From an uncultured Candidatus Entotheonella sp. (lineage in GTDB: Bacteria > Tectomicrobia > Entotheonellia > Entotheonellales > Entotheonellaceae), in the NCBI GenBank assembly GCA_965217185.1, contig OZ244252.1, forward strand, positions 832,001-896,000: 64,000 nt of DNA, read 5' to 3'. The notes under the pieces are model-generated. The model did not search any database, was not told where the DNA came from, and was given only the letters and a program-made list of their open reading frames with translations. Both the position numbers and the translations under genes were made by a program. Positions 41,341 to 51,724 of the stretch are shown one piece after another. Position 1 is the first letter of the stretch. Each line of letters starts with the position of its first letter.

Positions 41341-42651
41341 TCATTTGTGCCTTAGATGCAAGCGAATCGGGGTGCCAGCAAATGTAAAGTGTTGCCGAAA
41401 TTGATTTTCCAAGTACCGCTGGTAATAACCCTTGATGCCCTGAGGGTAATTCACAAAACATAGAAAGGTCGGAGGTTGGATCGCTGTCTGTAAGGCAAAG
41501 GAGAATTTTACAAATTTCCCGCGATACGCCGCCGGCGGATGTTGACGGGTAACAGCCTTCAAACATTCGTTCAAGGCGGCTGTTGGTATGCGGCGCTTTG
41601 ACGCCTCAACAACCGTATCAATCAGCGGAAACAGCTTGACGATCCGCATGCCACTAAGGGCCGAGATGGTGACGACCGGCGCGTGCGACATGAAGGGTAT
41701 GGCCTCACGAATGGCACGTACGGAAGCGTCAAACGTCTTGGACGTCTTGTCGACGGCATCCCACTTGTTGACAACGATGACGCATGCCTTGCCCTGCCGC
41801 TCAATGTAGCTGGCGATTCGGACATCCTGCTCGCCTACCTCTGTCGTGGCGTCTAGCATTAAAACGGCGACTTCGCAATGCTGAATGCGGTTCAGGGTAA
41901 CTGCCACAGTTGCTTTTTCGAGCACGGCGCCGATGCGACGTGGCTTTCGCATGCCGGCTGTGTCAACCAGGGTATAAAACTGCGAATTGATGCGAACCTG
42001 GATATCAATCGCGTCTCGTGTGGTGCCCGGCGCATCATCTACCAACAGGCGGTCTTCCCGCAGTATGCGGTTGACCAGCGACGACTTGCCAACATTTGGC
42101 CTGCCAACGATGGCAACCGACACCCCGGTAGATCCGGCCTCAAGGTCCGAGGCGGGAGGCAGAACCGTCAAGACCGCGTCGAGTAAATCGCCTAATCCCT
42201 GACCATGCTCGGCGGAAATCCAATGCGGCGTACCGAAACCCAGGCGATGCAGGGGCGATAGTTCCGCATCTGCAGTTGCTCTTTCAGCTTTGTTGCTGAC
42301 GAGTAGCACGATCTTGCCGGCTTTATGCAATTGCAACGCAATATCCTGATCCGCGGCGGTGATTTCCTCCCGACTATCAAGCACGAAGAGAACAACGTCG
42401 GCCTCGCCAATGGCTTGCAGGGTTTGATCGTGAACGGCTTCTAACAGGCGGCTTGCCTCGGTGGACATGATGCCGCCCGTATCAATCAGGCGGAAGGAAC
42501 GCCCAAGCCATTCCGCCATGCCATAATGGCGGTCTCGCGTAACTCCAGCGGTCTTATCCACCAGTGCGGTGTGTCGGCCAATGATGCGGTTAAACAGGGT
42601 GGATTTACCCACGTTGGGGCGTCCGACGATGGCAACAGTAGGCGGTGACAT
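41341..42651 (-). CDS. der: Ribosome biogenesis GTPase Der
   Basis: Two GRPNVGKS G domains (DTGG and DTAG) and a C-terminal KH-like FAGTPIRL. Confidence 0.97.
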   Translation of the reverse strand: MSPPTVAIVGRPNVGKSTLFNRIIGRHTALVDKTAGVTRDRHYGMAEWLGRSFRLIDTGGIMSTEASRLLEAVHDQTLQAIGEADVVLFVLDSREEITAADQDIALQLHKAGKIVLLVSNKAERATADAELSPLHRLGFGTPHWISAEHGQGLGDLLDAVLTVLPPASDLEAGSTGVSVAIVGRPNVGKSSLVNRILREDRLLVDDAPGTTRDAIDIQVRINSQFYTLVDTAGMRKPRRIGAVLEKATVAVTLNRIQHCEVAVLMLDATTEVGEQDVRIASYIERQGKACVIVVNKWDAVDKTSKTFDASVRAIREAIPFMSHAPVVTISALSGMRIVKLFPLIDTVVEASKRRIPTAALNECLKAVTRQHPPAAYRGKFVKFSFALQTAIQPPTFLCFVNYPQGIKGYYQRYLENQFRQHFTFAGTPIRLHLRHK

Positions 42652-42691
42652 TGAATTATTTACCTGAGTTGAAGCGCCTGGACGACAGAAC

Positions 42692-44110
42692 CTAGACGTC
42701 AAACAGCCGCCTGCGGCGACTGGCGGGTGGAATGTGCAGTTCCTGGCGGTATTTTGCAACCGTGCGCCGGGCGATATTGATGTTCTTATCTTCTAACATG
42801 GCCACGAGCTGCTGGTCCGTCAAGGGCTTACGGGCATCCTCCGCTCCCACCATCTTGCGAATTGTATCCTTCACACTAACGGAGGACATCGCGTCCCCCT
42901 CGAAAGATTTCAAGCCGCTGTGGAAGAAGAACTTGAGCTCGAAGACGCCTTGGGGCGTATGAATGTACTTGTTCGTCGTTACGCGGCTCACCGTTGATTC
43001 ATGCATGCCGATGTCGTCTGCTACGTCTTTTAAGATCAGTGGGTTCAGATACGCTAGGCCTTTGTCGAGGAAATCCCGCTGAAACACGCACAAGCTCTTG
43101 GTGACCTTCATAAGCGTCTGCCTGCGCTGCTCGATCCCCTTCACGAGCCAAACTGCTGACCGAAACTTCTCTTCCAGATAATCCTTCGCGTCCTCTTGGA
43201 GCCCGTTGTTGCGGCGTAGCAGCCGCTGGTACTGCGCGTTAATGTTTAGCTTCGGCACATCGTCGTCGTTGAGCATGATCTGGTAATCGTCTCCAACCTT
43301 TACGACGTATACATCGGGCACGATATACTCGACCCGACTGGAGAGGTATCGATTGCCGGGTTTGGGGTCAAGCTCACGGATGACCCTGACCGCGGCGAGC
43401 ACATCCTCGATCGGGGCACGGAGGGTTTTGGCGATCTTTTTGAAGTGGCGTTCGTCAATTTGATCGAGATGATGGCGGATGAGGCAGGATGCCAGGGAAC
43501 CATCCATATCAAGTTGTCGGAGTTGGATGAGCAGGCATTCGCGCAAGTCTCGCGCGCCTACCCCTACGGGGTCGAAGCCTTGAATGACCGCCAAGACATC
43601 TTCGACCTCGGCGCATGGCACTCCGAAAATTTCCGACACTTCCTCGGTTTGGCAGGCCAGATAGCCGTTCTCGTCGATGTTGCCAATAAGAAAAATGCCA
43701 ATCTGCTTTCCCTGGTCGCTTTGCACCGCCAGGGCAAGTTGCCATAAAAGGTAGTCTGTTAGCGAGGTTTCGTTACTTATGGTGGATTCGAGTGAGGGGA
43801 CCTCTCTGCCGTTCTCGGTGGGGAAATTCTCATAGCTCCCCTCCTCTTGCAGATAGACTTCCCAGTCCGCCTCAAAATCTTGGCGTCCATCATCGAGGGG
43901 CGTTTCGGCAGTTTCCTTTTGTGCTAGCTCGTTGTCAGATTCCTCGGTCGTCGGAACCTCCTCAAGAAACGGATTCTCAAGCATTTCTTGTTGGATTCTC
44001 TCTACCAGTTCCAGGCGGGACAGCGGCAAGAGTTTGATCGCCTGCTGCAGCGCGGCCGTCATGACCAGCCTTTGGGCAGTTCTTAGCGATAGCTTTGCTT
44101 CAAGTGCCAC
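42692..44110 (-). CDS. rpoN: RNA polymerase sigma-54 factor
   Basis: LQQAIKLL, HESTVSRVT and the RpoN box ARRTVAKYR. Confidence 0.98.
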   Translation of the reverse strand: MALEAKLSLRTAQRLVMTAALQQAIKLLPLSRLELVERIQQEMLENPFLEEVPTTEESDNELAQKETAETPLDDGRQDFEADWEVYLQEEGSYENFPTENGREVPSLESTISNETSLTDYLLWQLALAVQSDQGKQIGIFLIGNIDENGYLACQTEEVSEIFGVPCAEVEDVLAVIQGFDPVGVGARDLRECLLIQLRQLDMDGSLASCLIRHHLDQIDERHFKKIAKTLRAPIEDVLAAVRVIRELDPKPGNRYLSSRVEYIVPDVYVVKVGDDYQIMLNDDDVPKLNINAQYQRLLRRNNGLQEDAKDYLEEKFRSAVWLVKGIEQRRQTLMKVTKSLCVFQRDFLDKGLAYLNPLILKDVADDIGMHESTVSRVTTNKYIHTPQGVFELKFFFHSGLKSFEGDAMSSVSVKDTIRKMVGAEDARKPLTDQQLVAMLEDKNINIARRTVAKYRQELHIPPASRRRRLFDV

Positions 44111-44129
44111 GGTCTGACCTCAAACCGTC

Positions 44130-44879
44130 TCATGACAGGTCATAAGACAGATTAAATCCTTCCCCTAGGTATATCTGCTTGACCTCAGCATTTTCGACCA
44201 GTTCTTCAGGGGTGCCGTCATATAGCACGCAGCCGTCGTGCAAGATGTAGGCTCTGTCGGTAATTTTGAGCGTTTCTTGCACCCGATGATCCGTAATTAG
44301 GATGCCAATCCCCTTCTTTTTCAAAGAGCACACAAAAGTCTGAATATCATTCACCATAATCGGATCAATACCGGTAAAGGGTTCGTCCAACAGGACAAAG
44401 CGGGGAGATGTGGCAAGCAGACGGGCCAACTCCACCCGGCGCCGTTCGCCGCCCGATAACGTTTGCCCGGGCGTATCTCGTAGGACTGTCAAGCGAAATT
44501 CCGTCAAAAGTTCTTCCAAGCGCCGGAGGCGTTCAGCTCGGCTGCCGGAAACCGTTTCAAGAATGGCGAGGATATTCTCAGCCACCGTCATTTTGCGAAA
44601 AATGGAGGCTTCCTGCGGCAGATAACCGATCCCTAGACGCGCCCGCTGGTGCATCGGCAGATGCGTCAGCGCCCCTCCCTCCAAACACACGGTTCCTTTG
44701 TCCGGGCGAATTAAACCCACGACTATGTAAAACGTAGTCGTCTTGCCGGCGCCATTAGGCCCCAACAAGCCGACGATCTCCCCGCCCTGCACGTCTATGC
44801 TGACGTCCTGCACAACCGCACGCCCCCGGAACGTTTTCCAAATTGCGTGGGTTGTCAGATGTCCTTGCGGCGGTTTCAT
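44130..44879 (-). CDS. lptB: LPS export ABC transporter ATP-binding protein
   Basis: Motifs GPNGAGKTT, GYLPQEASIFR, LSGGERRR and ILITDH; lies upstream of rpoN. Confidence 0.95.
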   Translation of the reverse strand: MKPPQGHLTTHAIWKTFRGRAVVQDVSIDVQGGEIVGLLGPNGAGKTTTFYIVVGLIRPDKGTVCLEGGALTHLPMHQRARLGIGYLPQEASIFRKMTVAENILAILETVSGSRAERLRRLEELLTEFRLTVLRDTPGQTLSGGERRRVELARLLATSPRFVLLDEPFTGIDPIMVNDIQTFVCSLKKKGIGILITDHRVQETLKITDRAYILHDGCVLYDGTPEELVENAEVKQIYLGEGFNLSYDLS

Positions 44880-45406
44880 GGTTCGCTGCCGGGCGATTGG
44901 TTTGGATGGAAGCGGACACGGGCTCCCTTGACGAGAATTCTTTCCTCTTCAAGGAAGATGATAATCTCATCGCCAATTAATTCATTCTGTTCGTCGCTGT
45001 CCCAAGCACGGGGGTTGCCGACCAGAACAAGCTTCTGGTCGGCTTCATAATAATCGGCGCGTTCGGCGACGGCGTGTCGGGTGCCATCCTGAAATCGCAC
45101 GTTTCCTGTGGCAATGACCTGCTTGATCTTGTTTTCATCAGCATCTCGGATAACGCGCAGATGATCGCAGTCGATGGTCAGGTTGCATCGCTTTACGCGG
45201 ACCTTGTCCTTGAAGATGAACGTATGGGTATCCCGGTCAAACGTCATCTGCTCCGAAGTTACGTCTAAAGCCGTTTCGGGCCCCTCGCAATCCGACCGCT
45301 GCAGACGCTCCGAAAGGGTCTCCCTTTCAGATTGCGGCTGACTTGCGATGCAAATAGGAAGCGCCAGCACCGCCGCGACTACGATGGCAATCCGTCGCAA
45401 GGGCAT
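44876..45406 (-). CDS. lptA: LPS transport periplasmic protein LptA (OstA family)
   Basis: Signal peptide, ATGNVRF, AERADY and LVGNPR; lies in lptCAB order. Confidence 0.88.
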   Translation of the reverse strand: MPLRRIAIVVAAVLALPICIASQPQSERETLSERLQRSDCEGPETALDVTSEQMTFDRDTHTFIFKDKVRVKRCNLTIDCDHLRVIRDADENKIKQVIATGNVRFQDGTRHAVAERADYYEADQKLVLVGNPRAWDSDEQNELIGDEIIIFLEEERILVKGARVRFHPNQSPGSEP

Positions 45407-45439
45407 TACCCTCTCCCCTTACTCGCCTCAAGACTTTGG

Positions 45440-45997
45440 TTAATGAAAAGAGACCCTGACTTGTCGTTGCAGGGCAAAGTGCTGTCGATCCACGCTGCCG
45501 GAAAAACCCGTGCCCACGATATCGATCGTTTCGGCGCTGATCCTCACTTTCGCATCCGTGTGCAACGTGCGATTTGCCGCGTCCCAATGGAGTATCGCCG
45601 TTTCGAGGGCATATCCCCAAAGGGGGCGGAGCAAAACGCGCCCTTCAACGGTCATGTCTCCGGTGGAACTGTTAATCTGGCCGCGCTCAGCGGTCAAATG
45701 CAACGGTTCAACGTCGTGTGGAAAGAACTCAGCCCGCAATTTTTTCACAAGGGCTAGCCGCTTAGTGTCGTAAAATGCAATTTCCTTTGCAAACAGTTCC
45801 CATGACTTTGACTGCTCGGCAGTCGCCTGTTCAATAACCGAAACATCTTGCACCCACATGCCCGGCGGGTCGTCGTTCGGCAATGGAGCCGCATACTCAA
45901 ACTTCTCGGAGCGGTTGTGAAACGAGAACTGGGGACGGCTCTCAAGGGTCAGTACGACCGCCATCACGCATAAGGCGCCCACAAAATACCATTTCAT
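45440..45997 (-). CDS. lptC: LPS export protein LptC
   Basis: N-terminal TM helix and a beta-jellyroll-like sequence (WELFA, LTAERG, LETAILHWD); lies upstream of lptA. Confidence 0.8.
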   Translation of the reverse strand: MKWYFVGALCVMAVVLTLESRPQFSFHNRSEKFEYAAPLPNDDPPGMWVQDVSVIEQATAEQSKSWELFAKEIAFYDTKRLALVKKLRAEFFPHDVEPLHLTAERGQINSSTGDMTVEGRVLLRPLWGYALETAILHWDAANRTLHTDAKVRISAETIDIVGTGFSGSVDRQHFALQRQVRVSFH

Positions 45998-46011
45998 CCT
46001 GGCACAACCCC

Positions 46012-46485
46012 TCAACAGGAGGACGGGAAATATCTCGCGTGGGTATCGTCGTGCGACCTGCATTGTATGGTTCGGCATTCGGACGGTGCGATTTCGATGC
46101 GGACTTGGAGCGGTGATACGGGGAAAAGAGATGGAAATTTATCGGCCCATTCGACAATCACGACGCCTCCTGATTCGAGATATTCTTCGAAGCCGAGGTC
46201 CCAAACTTCGTCGGGATTCGCAAGCCGGTAGAAGTCGAAATGATAAAGGGGCACATGGCCTTGGTATTCGTTCACCAGGGTAAAGGTCGGGCTGCGCACG
46301 TAAACGGCGGAACTGATACCCAAGCCCTCGGCAAATCCTTGCACAAGCGTCGTTTTGCCCGCTCCCAGCGGTCCGGAGCATGTAATGACATCGCCGCCGC
46401 AAGCCTGGCGCCCCAAGTAAACACCCAACGCCTTGGTTTCTTCCGCACACGAGGTGTGCCAGTGCTGTTCGAGGGTAGGTAGCAT
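46012..46485 (-). CDS. tsaE: tRNA threonylcarbamoyladenosine biosynthesis ATPase TsaE
   Basis: Motifs GPLGAGKTT, SPTFTLVNEY, HFDFYRL and VEWA. Confidence 0.96.
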   Translation of the reverse strand: MLPTLEQHWHTSCAEETKALGVYLGRQACGGDVITCSGPLGAGKTTLVQGFAEGLGISSAVYVRSPTFTLVNEYQGHVPLYHFDFYRLANPDEVWDLGFEEYLESGGVVIVEWADKFPSLFPVSPLQVRIEIAPSECRTIQCRSHDDTHARYFPSSC

Positions 46486-46488
46486 AAC

Positions 46489-47868
46489 TCAACAATCCGC
46501 AGACGGATTTTCTGAGGCGCCCAATTCGGCCGCAATAGCCTGGCAAATGTCGCTGGCTAAAGGGGTGAGCGTCGAAACCTCTGGCCCTTCCAGTAAAACG
46601 CGGGCAACGGGTTCCGTTCCAGATAGTCGAACGAGCACACGGCCGGCCTCGCCAAGTTCCCGTTCGGCACTGTCTATGGCAAGACGAACGCTCGGAAAGC
46701 CGCGTGGATCGCATCGCTTCGACAGCCTGACGTTGGTCAGCACCTGGGGCGACCTGCGAAAACCTCGGGCTAGGTCGGCCATGGTGGTCTGTCCTCTTTG
46801 CATGGCTCGTAAGAGTTGTAAAGCCGTAAGCAATCCATCGCTCGTTTCGAGATGCTCGGAGAAAATAATGTGCCCGGAGGGTTCCCCTCCCACGATGGCT
46901 CCCGTTTGCCGCATGCCATGCACGACGTGTTTATCCCCCACCTGCACAGTATGTAGGGCGCAGTTCAGACGCTGCAAGGTCTGATTCAGCCCCCAGTTGG
47001 CCATCACAGTGCTTACGACAGTTCGGGGCGCGAGATGATTCGACTCCGAGAGCATCTGAGCACAGATGGCTAGGATATTGTCACCATCGAGAACCTGGCC
47101 GGTGTGGTCCACCACGGCGAGTCGGTCAGCGTCACCGTCAAAGGCAAACCCGACGTCCAGCTTTTGCGCAAGCACGTGTTGCTGGAGTGATTCCGGATGC
47201 AGTGAGCCGCACTGCTGATTGATGTTGGCCCCGTTTGGTGACGTATGCAGCGCCCAAACCTGAGCCCCCAACTTTTCAAACAACGCGGGAGCGATGCCGG
47301 ACGCGGCGCCGTTCGCGCAGTCCAGGCCGACGCGAAGCCGTACGGGGCATGTGCCAAGAAAGGTGGATTTCAGAAAATCGACGTAATGTTGGGCCGCGGG
47401 CATATAGGGCTGGGAATAGCCAATCGCTTTGCCGGTCGGGCGTAGGTGGCTATTTGGTGAGTTTTGCAGGCGAGCCTCGATTTTCTCCTCAAGACTCGTT
47501 TCGATCTTGCCCCCTGTTGGCGAAAAGAATTTGATTCCGTTGTCGGCATAAGGGTTGTGAGAGGCCGAAACCATGACGCCGGCAACTGCTTGTAACTGTC
47601 CGGTCAGATGCGCCACGCCGCCCGATGGAATCACGCCAAGTTGAAGTACTTCAATGCCCGCCGAACATAGGCCGGCGGTCAGAGCGGCTTCGAGCATCGT
47701 CCCCGATAAACGGGTATCCCGCCCGATGACGAAGCACGACCTCGCTTCAGGGTCCGGGGGCGTCAGGACTTCAGCCGCTGCTCGCCCGATGGCCATGGCC
47801 GCTTCCGGCGACATCGGCTCAATGTTCGCAACGCCCCGAATCCCATCTGTGCCAAACAGGTTAGCCAT
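46489..47868 (-). CDS. glmM: Phosphoglucosamine mutase
   Basis: Motifs FGTDGIRG, SASHNPYADNGIK, FDGDADR and GGEPSGH. Confidence 0.96.
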   Translation of the reverse strand: MANLFGTDGIRGVANIEPMSPEAAMAIGRAAAEVLTPPDPEARSCFVIGRDTRLSGTMLEAALTAGLCSAGIEVLQLGVIPSGGVAHLTGQLQAVAGVMVSASHNPYADNGIKFFSPTGGKIETSLEEKIEARLQNSPNSHLRPTGKAIGYSQPYMPAAQHYVDFLKSTFLGTCPVRLRVGLDCANGAASGIAPALFEKLGAQVWALHTSPNGANINQQCGSLHPESLQQHVLAQKLDVGFAFDGDADRLAVVDHTGQVLDGDNILAICAQMLSESNHLAPRTVVSTVMANWGLNQTLQRLNCALHTVQVGDKHVVHGMRQTGAIVGGEPSGHIIFSEHLETSDGLLTALQLLRAMQRGQTTMADLARGFRRSPQVLTNVRLSKRCDPRGFPSVRLAIDSAERELGEAGRVLVRLSGTEPVARVLLEGPEVSTLTPLASDICQAIAAELGASENPSADC

Positions 47869-47930
47869 AAGGCGCCTCTTGCCTCCCATTCAAGGGTAGA
47901 TCAACCCAAAAGAAGGCTTACCCTGTCCTC

Positions 47931-49796
47931 TCACGAAACCGTATTGGAGTCATTCGGCAACATGGAAGGGTGGACGCCGTTGCCGTTGTTCGACTTGCTG
48001 CATTCTTCGACAAGCGCGGCGATCTCGTCGGCATTCAACTCTTCATGCTCAACGAGGGCTTTGGCAAGAGCATGCAGGATGTGGATGTTGGCAGAAAGGA
48101 TGGACTTCGCGCCTTCATAGCCATTGTTCACAAGCCGTTTGACTTCTTCATCGATGGCAATCGCCGTGACCTCGCTGTAGTCCTTGTGTTGGGTAATCTC
48201 ACGTCCGAGGAAAATCTGTTCCTCCTTCACCCCAAAGGCCAGAGGGCCCATGCGGTCGCTCATCCCCCACTCGCAGACCATCTTGCGGGCGAGTTCGGTG
48301 GCCCGCTCGATGTCATTGCCGGCTCCCGTCGTTGGGTCCTTGAAGATGATTTCCTCCGCGGCCCTCCCTCCCATGTATATGTGAAGGTTGTTGACCAGAT
48401 ATTCACGGGGATACGCGTGTTTTTCCTCCACCGGCAGTTGCTGCGTAACACCCAGGGCCATGCCTCGGGGAATAATCGTGACCTTGTGAATGGGGTCGGT
48501 GCCGGGCAGGAGTTTCGCCACCAGCGCATGACCGGCCTCATGATAGGCGGTGACCTTCTTTTCCTCGTCGCTGATGACCATGCTGCGGCGTTCGGCGCCC
48601 ATCATGACTTTGTCCTTGGCGGTTTCAAAATCTCGCATGTCAACCTGAGCTTTGTGATGCCGAGCAGCGAATAGCGCCGCTTCGTTGGCAAGGTTGGACA
48701 GATCCGCGCCCGAGAATCCCGGTGTGCCGCGTGCCAAGATCGCCAAATCGACGTCGTTAGCGAGAGGGATGTCCTTCGTGTGGACAGTCAGAATGCCGGC
48801 CCGACCGCGCACATCCGGCCGGGATACCACCACCTGTCGGTCAAACCGTCCGGGGCGCAAAAGAGCCGGGTCAAGGACATCCGGGCGGTTGGTCGCTGCG
48901 ATCAGAATGACGCCGTCGTTTGACTCGAAACCATCCATTTCCACCAAGAGTTGATTCAGGGTCTGTTCGCGTTCATCGTGTCCGCCGCCCAAGCCGGCGC
49001 CCCGATGACGCCCAACCGCGTCGATTTCGTCAATAAACACGATGCACGGTGCGTGTTTCTTGCCTTGTTCGAACAGGTCCCGCACACGAGACGCACCCAC
49101 GCCCACAAACATTTCGACAAAATCCGAGCCGCTGACGCTGAAGAACGGCACACTCGCCTCACCCGCAATCGCCCGGGCCAACAACGTCTTACCCGTCCCC
49201 GGGGGGCCCATCAACAGAACACCTTTGGGAATTTTCCCGCCCAGTTTCTGGAAACGTTGTGGATCTTTTAGAAACTCAATGATCTCTTCCAATTCAGCTT
49301 TGGCTTCATCGGCCCCCGCGACGTCGGAAAAGGTGGCTTTCTTCTTCTGCTCGGAAAGCAAGCGGGCGCGGCTTTTTCCGAATGACAGTGCCTTGCTGCC
49401 GCCACTCTGCATTTGCCGCATGAAGAACACCCACAAACCGATCAATAACATGACCGGGGCCCAGGACAGGAGAAACTGTACAAGGTAAGAGTTCTTTTCC
49501 GGGGGCTCGACTTCGATGACGACTTGGCTGTCGCGGAGAAAGGGAATCAGGTCGGGGTCTTCCGGGGCATACGTTTTGAATTGGCCGTCAGCACCCTCGC
49601 CGCCGACGTACTCACCGGTGATTCCCTCACCCTGGATGTGTACCGTACGGACACGATTCTGCCGTACTTCCTCGATAAAATCGCTGTATGAGATTTCTTG
49701 TATGGGCTGACTCGCTGTATTGAAGTAACTCCAGGTGAAGACAAGGATGAGACCGAAAACCAACCACAGAGCAAGCTTTTGATAGAATTGGCTCAA
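47931..49796 (-). CDS. ftsH: ATP-dependent zinc metalloprotease FtsH
   Basis: Two TM helices, [22 protein letters not shown] and HEAGH. Confidence 0.98.
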   Translation of the reverse strand: MSQFYQKLALWLVFGLILVFTWSYFNTASQPIQEISYSDFIEEVRQNRVRTVHIQGEGITGEYVGGEGADGQFKTYAPEDPDLIPFLRDSQVVIEVEPPEKNSYLVQFLLSWAPVMLLIGLWVFFMRQMQSGGSKALSFGKSRARLLSEQKKKATFSDVAGADEAKAELEEIIEFLKDPQRFQKLGGKIPKGVLLMGPPGTGKTLLARAIAGEASVPFFSVSGSDFVEMFVGVGASRVRDLFEQGKKHAPCIVFIDEIDAVGRHRGAGLGGGHDEREQTLNQLLVEMDGFESNDGVILIAATNRPDVLDPALLRPGRFDRQVVVSRPDVRGRAGILTVHTKDIPLANDVDLAILARGTPGFSGADLSNLANEAALFAARHHKAQVDMRDFETAKDKVMMGAERRSMVISDEEKKVTAYHEAGHALVAKLLPGTDPIHKVTIIPRGMALGVTQQLPVEEKHAYPREYLVNNLHIYMGGRAAEEIIFKDPTTGAGNDIERATELARKMVCEWGMSDRMGPLAFGVKEEQIFLGREITQHKDYSEVTAIAIDEEVKRLVNNGYEGAKSILSANIHILHALAKALVEHEELNADEIAALVEECSKSNNGNGVHPSMLPNDSNTVS

Positions 49797-49859
49797 GAGA
49801 GGCTCCTTAACAGCCGGGATGAATTAAGCCTTGCCTAATCAGCGTTTTACAATGCGCGC

Positions 49860-49889
49860 ATCATAACACACCGGTCTTTTCCTTGACAA
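49860..49889 (-). promoter_or_regulatory. Putative sigma70 promoter of ftsH
   Basis: Minus strand TTGTCA, an 18-nt spacer, then TATGAT with an extended -10 TG. Confidence 0.5.
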
Positions 49890-49923
49890 ACAACGGCGGG
49901 CGGTTCCGCATGCCCTGCCCTGC

Positions 49924-51321
49924 CTAATGCGTTGTTTCAGAGCACGCCAATTCCAACACCTGCCGCGTTTCCGGACGGACCTTGAAGGGCTCCGCGACCC
50001 GATACCCAACGACCCACAGGATTTCCGCTCTAGCCAATACCAGAGGGACATACGGCCGCATGGCCTTGGGCACCTTATTGTTGACAAAGAAGTCCTGCAG
50101 CTTTTGGGAGCCTGCCGCTCCGAGGGGATGAAAGCGGTCGCCGGGCTGAGGGAATCGTATGGACAGCGGAGACGCAGCCGCGTCAACGTCCACGAAAACA
50201 CGGCGAGGTTCCACTTGGTCCTGCCACCCTTGGGTGAGGCCAAGCGCTCTGGCGGTGAGTGACAAGGCAAGACCGTGCAGGGTCAGGGTACCGGGGACTG
50301 GCAGGAGGGCGGATAAAGAAGTCGGCGGCAACGCCCTTGCCTGCCATAGCAGGACGACGTCATTGTGCCGCTCGGCCATCAACTGACCTGCAAGCGTTAA
50401 GCGTCGTCCAACTTTGTCGTTGTTAACAGCAAACCGCCACAATGCTTCTATATCACGAAAGCCCGCCGCATTGCCCGAGTTGGGCAACCGGTCCATGGCA
50501 TATCGCAGGAGGCGACGTTGCATGGCGAGGGGGGCAGCGGCAAATGGCGCGCGCCTTATGGCAAGCATCGCATTGCCGATTCTCCAACTCAGCACCTGCT
50601 TTGCCAAATCCTCGGTTTGCTGCTCGAGCACATCGTTGTCGGCACGTAGCATGTCGGCCACATGGTGCAGCCGCTGGGCAATGTTTGGGTGATATGCCCG
50701 CAACGTGGGTATCAGGTCAAGGCGAATCCGACTCCGCAAATAATTTCGGCTCATATTTGAACTGTCCTCCACCCACGGAATGCCAGTGGCCCGGAGATAC
50801 TCCAGGATGGAATGCCGATGCACCTGAAGCAGAGGACGAATAAACGGCATCCGTTTGGCCGGGATGCCCGCCAATCCGGCAGGGCCGCCCCCGCGGAGTA
50901 GCCGCATGAGCAGGGTTTCGGCTTGGTCGTCGGCTGTATGGCCTAGGGCAATGTGGGTGGCTGCAAGCGAACGGAACAGCGACTGTAGAGCGCCATATCG
51001 TAACTGGCGGGCGGCGTGCTGCGGTGACAAGCCGGTGCGTCGCTTCAGGGCTTTGACGTCAACGTCCATCTTGTGGAAGGGCAAGCCCAGCTTATCTGCG
51101 TAGCGTTCGACAAACCGGGCATCCCGAATGGCCTCGTTGCCTCGAAGCTGATGGTTGACGTGGGCCACGATTAACGTCAGGTGGTAAGTCGATTCAAGCC
51201 TGTGCAGCAAGAAAAGCAGAGCCATGGAGTCTGCGCCGCCAGAGACTGACACAATGACCTTGGCTCCGGGACATAACAACTCGTGTGCCTCGACAAACCT
51301 CTGGACCTCAGCGACAAGCAT
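49924..51321 (-). CDS. tilS: tRNA(Ile)-lysidine synthase
   Basis: Motifs SGGADSMAL, HVNHQLRG, GHTADDQAET, IRPLL and EDSSN, with a C-terminal PGDRF...KLQDFF domain. Confidence 0.96.
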   Translation of the reverse strand: MLVAEVQRFVEAHELLCPGAKVIVSVSGGADSMALLFLLHRLESTYHLTLIVAHVNHQLRGNEAIRDARFVERYADKLGLPFHKMDVDVKALKRRTGLSPQHAARQLRYGALQSLFRSLAATHIALGHTADDQAETLLMRLLRGGGPAGLAGIPAKRMPFIRPLLQVHRHSILEYLRATGIPWVEDSSNMSRNYLRSRIRLDLIPTLRAYHPNIAQRLHHVADMLRADNDVLEQQTEDLAKQVLSWRIGNAMLAIRRAPFAAAPLAMQRRLLRYAMDRLPNSGNAAGFRDIEALWRFAVNNDKVGRRLTLAGQLMAERHNDVVLLWQARALPPTSLSALLPVPGTLTLHGLALSLTARALGLTQGWQDQVEPRRVFVDVDAAASPLSIRFPQPGDRFHPLGAAGSQKLQDFFVNNKVPKAMRPYVPLVLARAEILWVVGYRVAEPFKVRPETRQVLELACSETTH

Positions 51322-51392
51322 AGCTGCCCCGCCAATGCACGCCTGTGACGACGCATTGGCAAACTGATGTGAGGGAGGATCAAAAGGGAGGA

Positions 51393-51466
51393 TGGCGGTG
51401 CAGGGACTTGAACCCCGGACACTGCGGATATGAGCCGCATGCTCTGACCAGCTGAGCTACACCGCC
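51393..51466 (-). tRNA. tRNA with CAT anticodon, most likely elongator tRNA-Met
   Basis: GGCGGTGTAGCTCAG...TGCGG-CTCATAT-CCGCA...GGTTCAAGTCC...ACCGCCA. G1:C72 is paired, so it is not the initiator. Confidence 0.9.
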
Positions 51467-51525
51467 GAGAAAAGGCTAATGAATCCTAAAGTCAGAAGAG
51501 GGTGAAGGATGGGAAAAGCGCCGAA

Positions 51526-51554
51526 ACTATAGTCCACTGTCCCTACAACGTCAA
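51526..51554 (-). promoter_or_regulatory. Sigma70 promoter for tRNA(CAT)-tilS
   Basis: Minus strand TTGACG, a 17-nt spacer, then TATAGT. Confidence 0.65.
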
Positions 51555-51724
51555 CTCGTTGATCTCTTTGGTTTCTGAAAGCCCACAGGTCATCCGGCAT
51601 GGCAGTTTTGTTGATAGATTAGATAAGCTATTGCCGTTTGTGAAGAATAAAATAATAAAGAGTTTATGATTTATATTTCGTTTGAAATATCATAAGCACA
51701 GTGGAAATTAACCTGTCGATATTG

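Noticed and set aside
51600..51724. AT-rich patch as a possible replication origin or second dif
   Set aside because: No DnaA-box cluster or 11-6-11 Xer layout; it contains an imperfect hairpin and is more likely a terminator or upstream promoter region.
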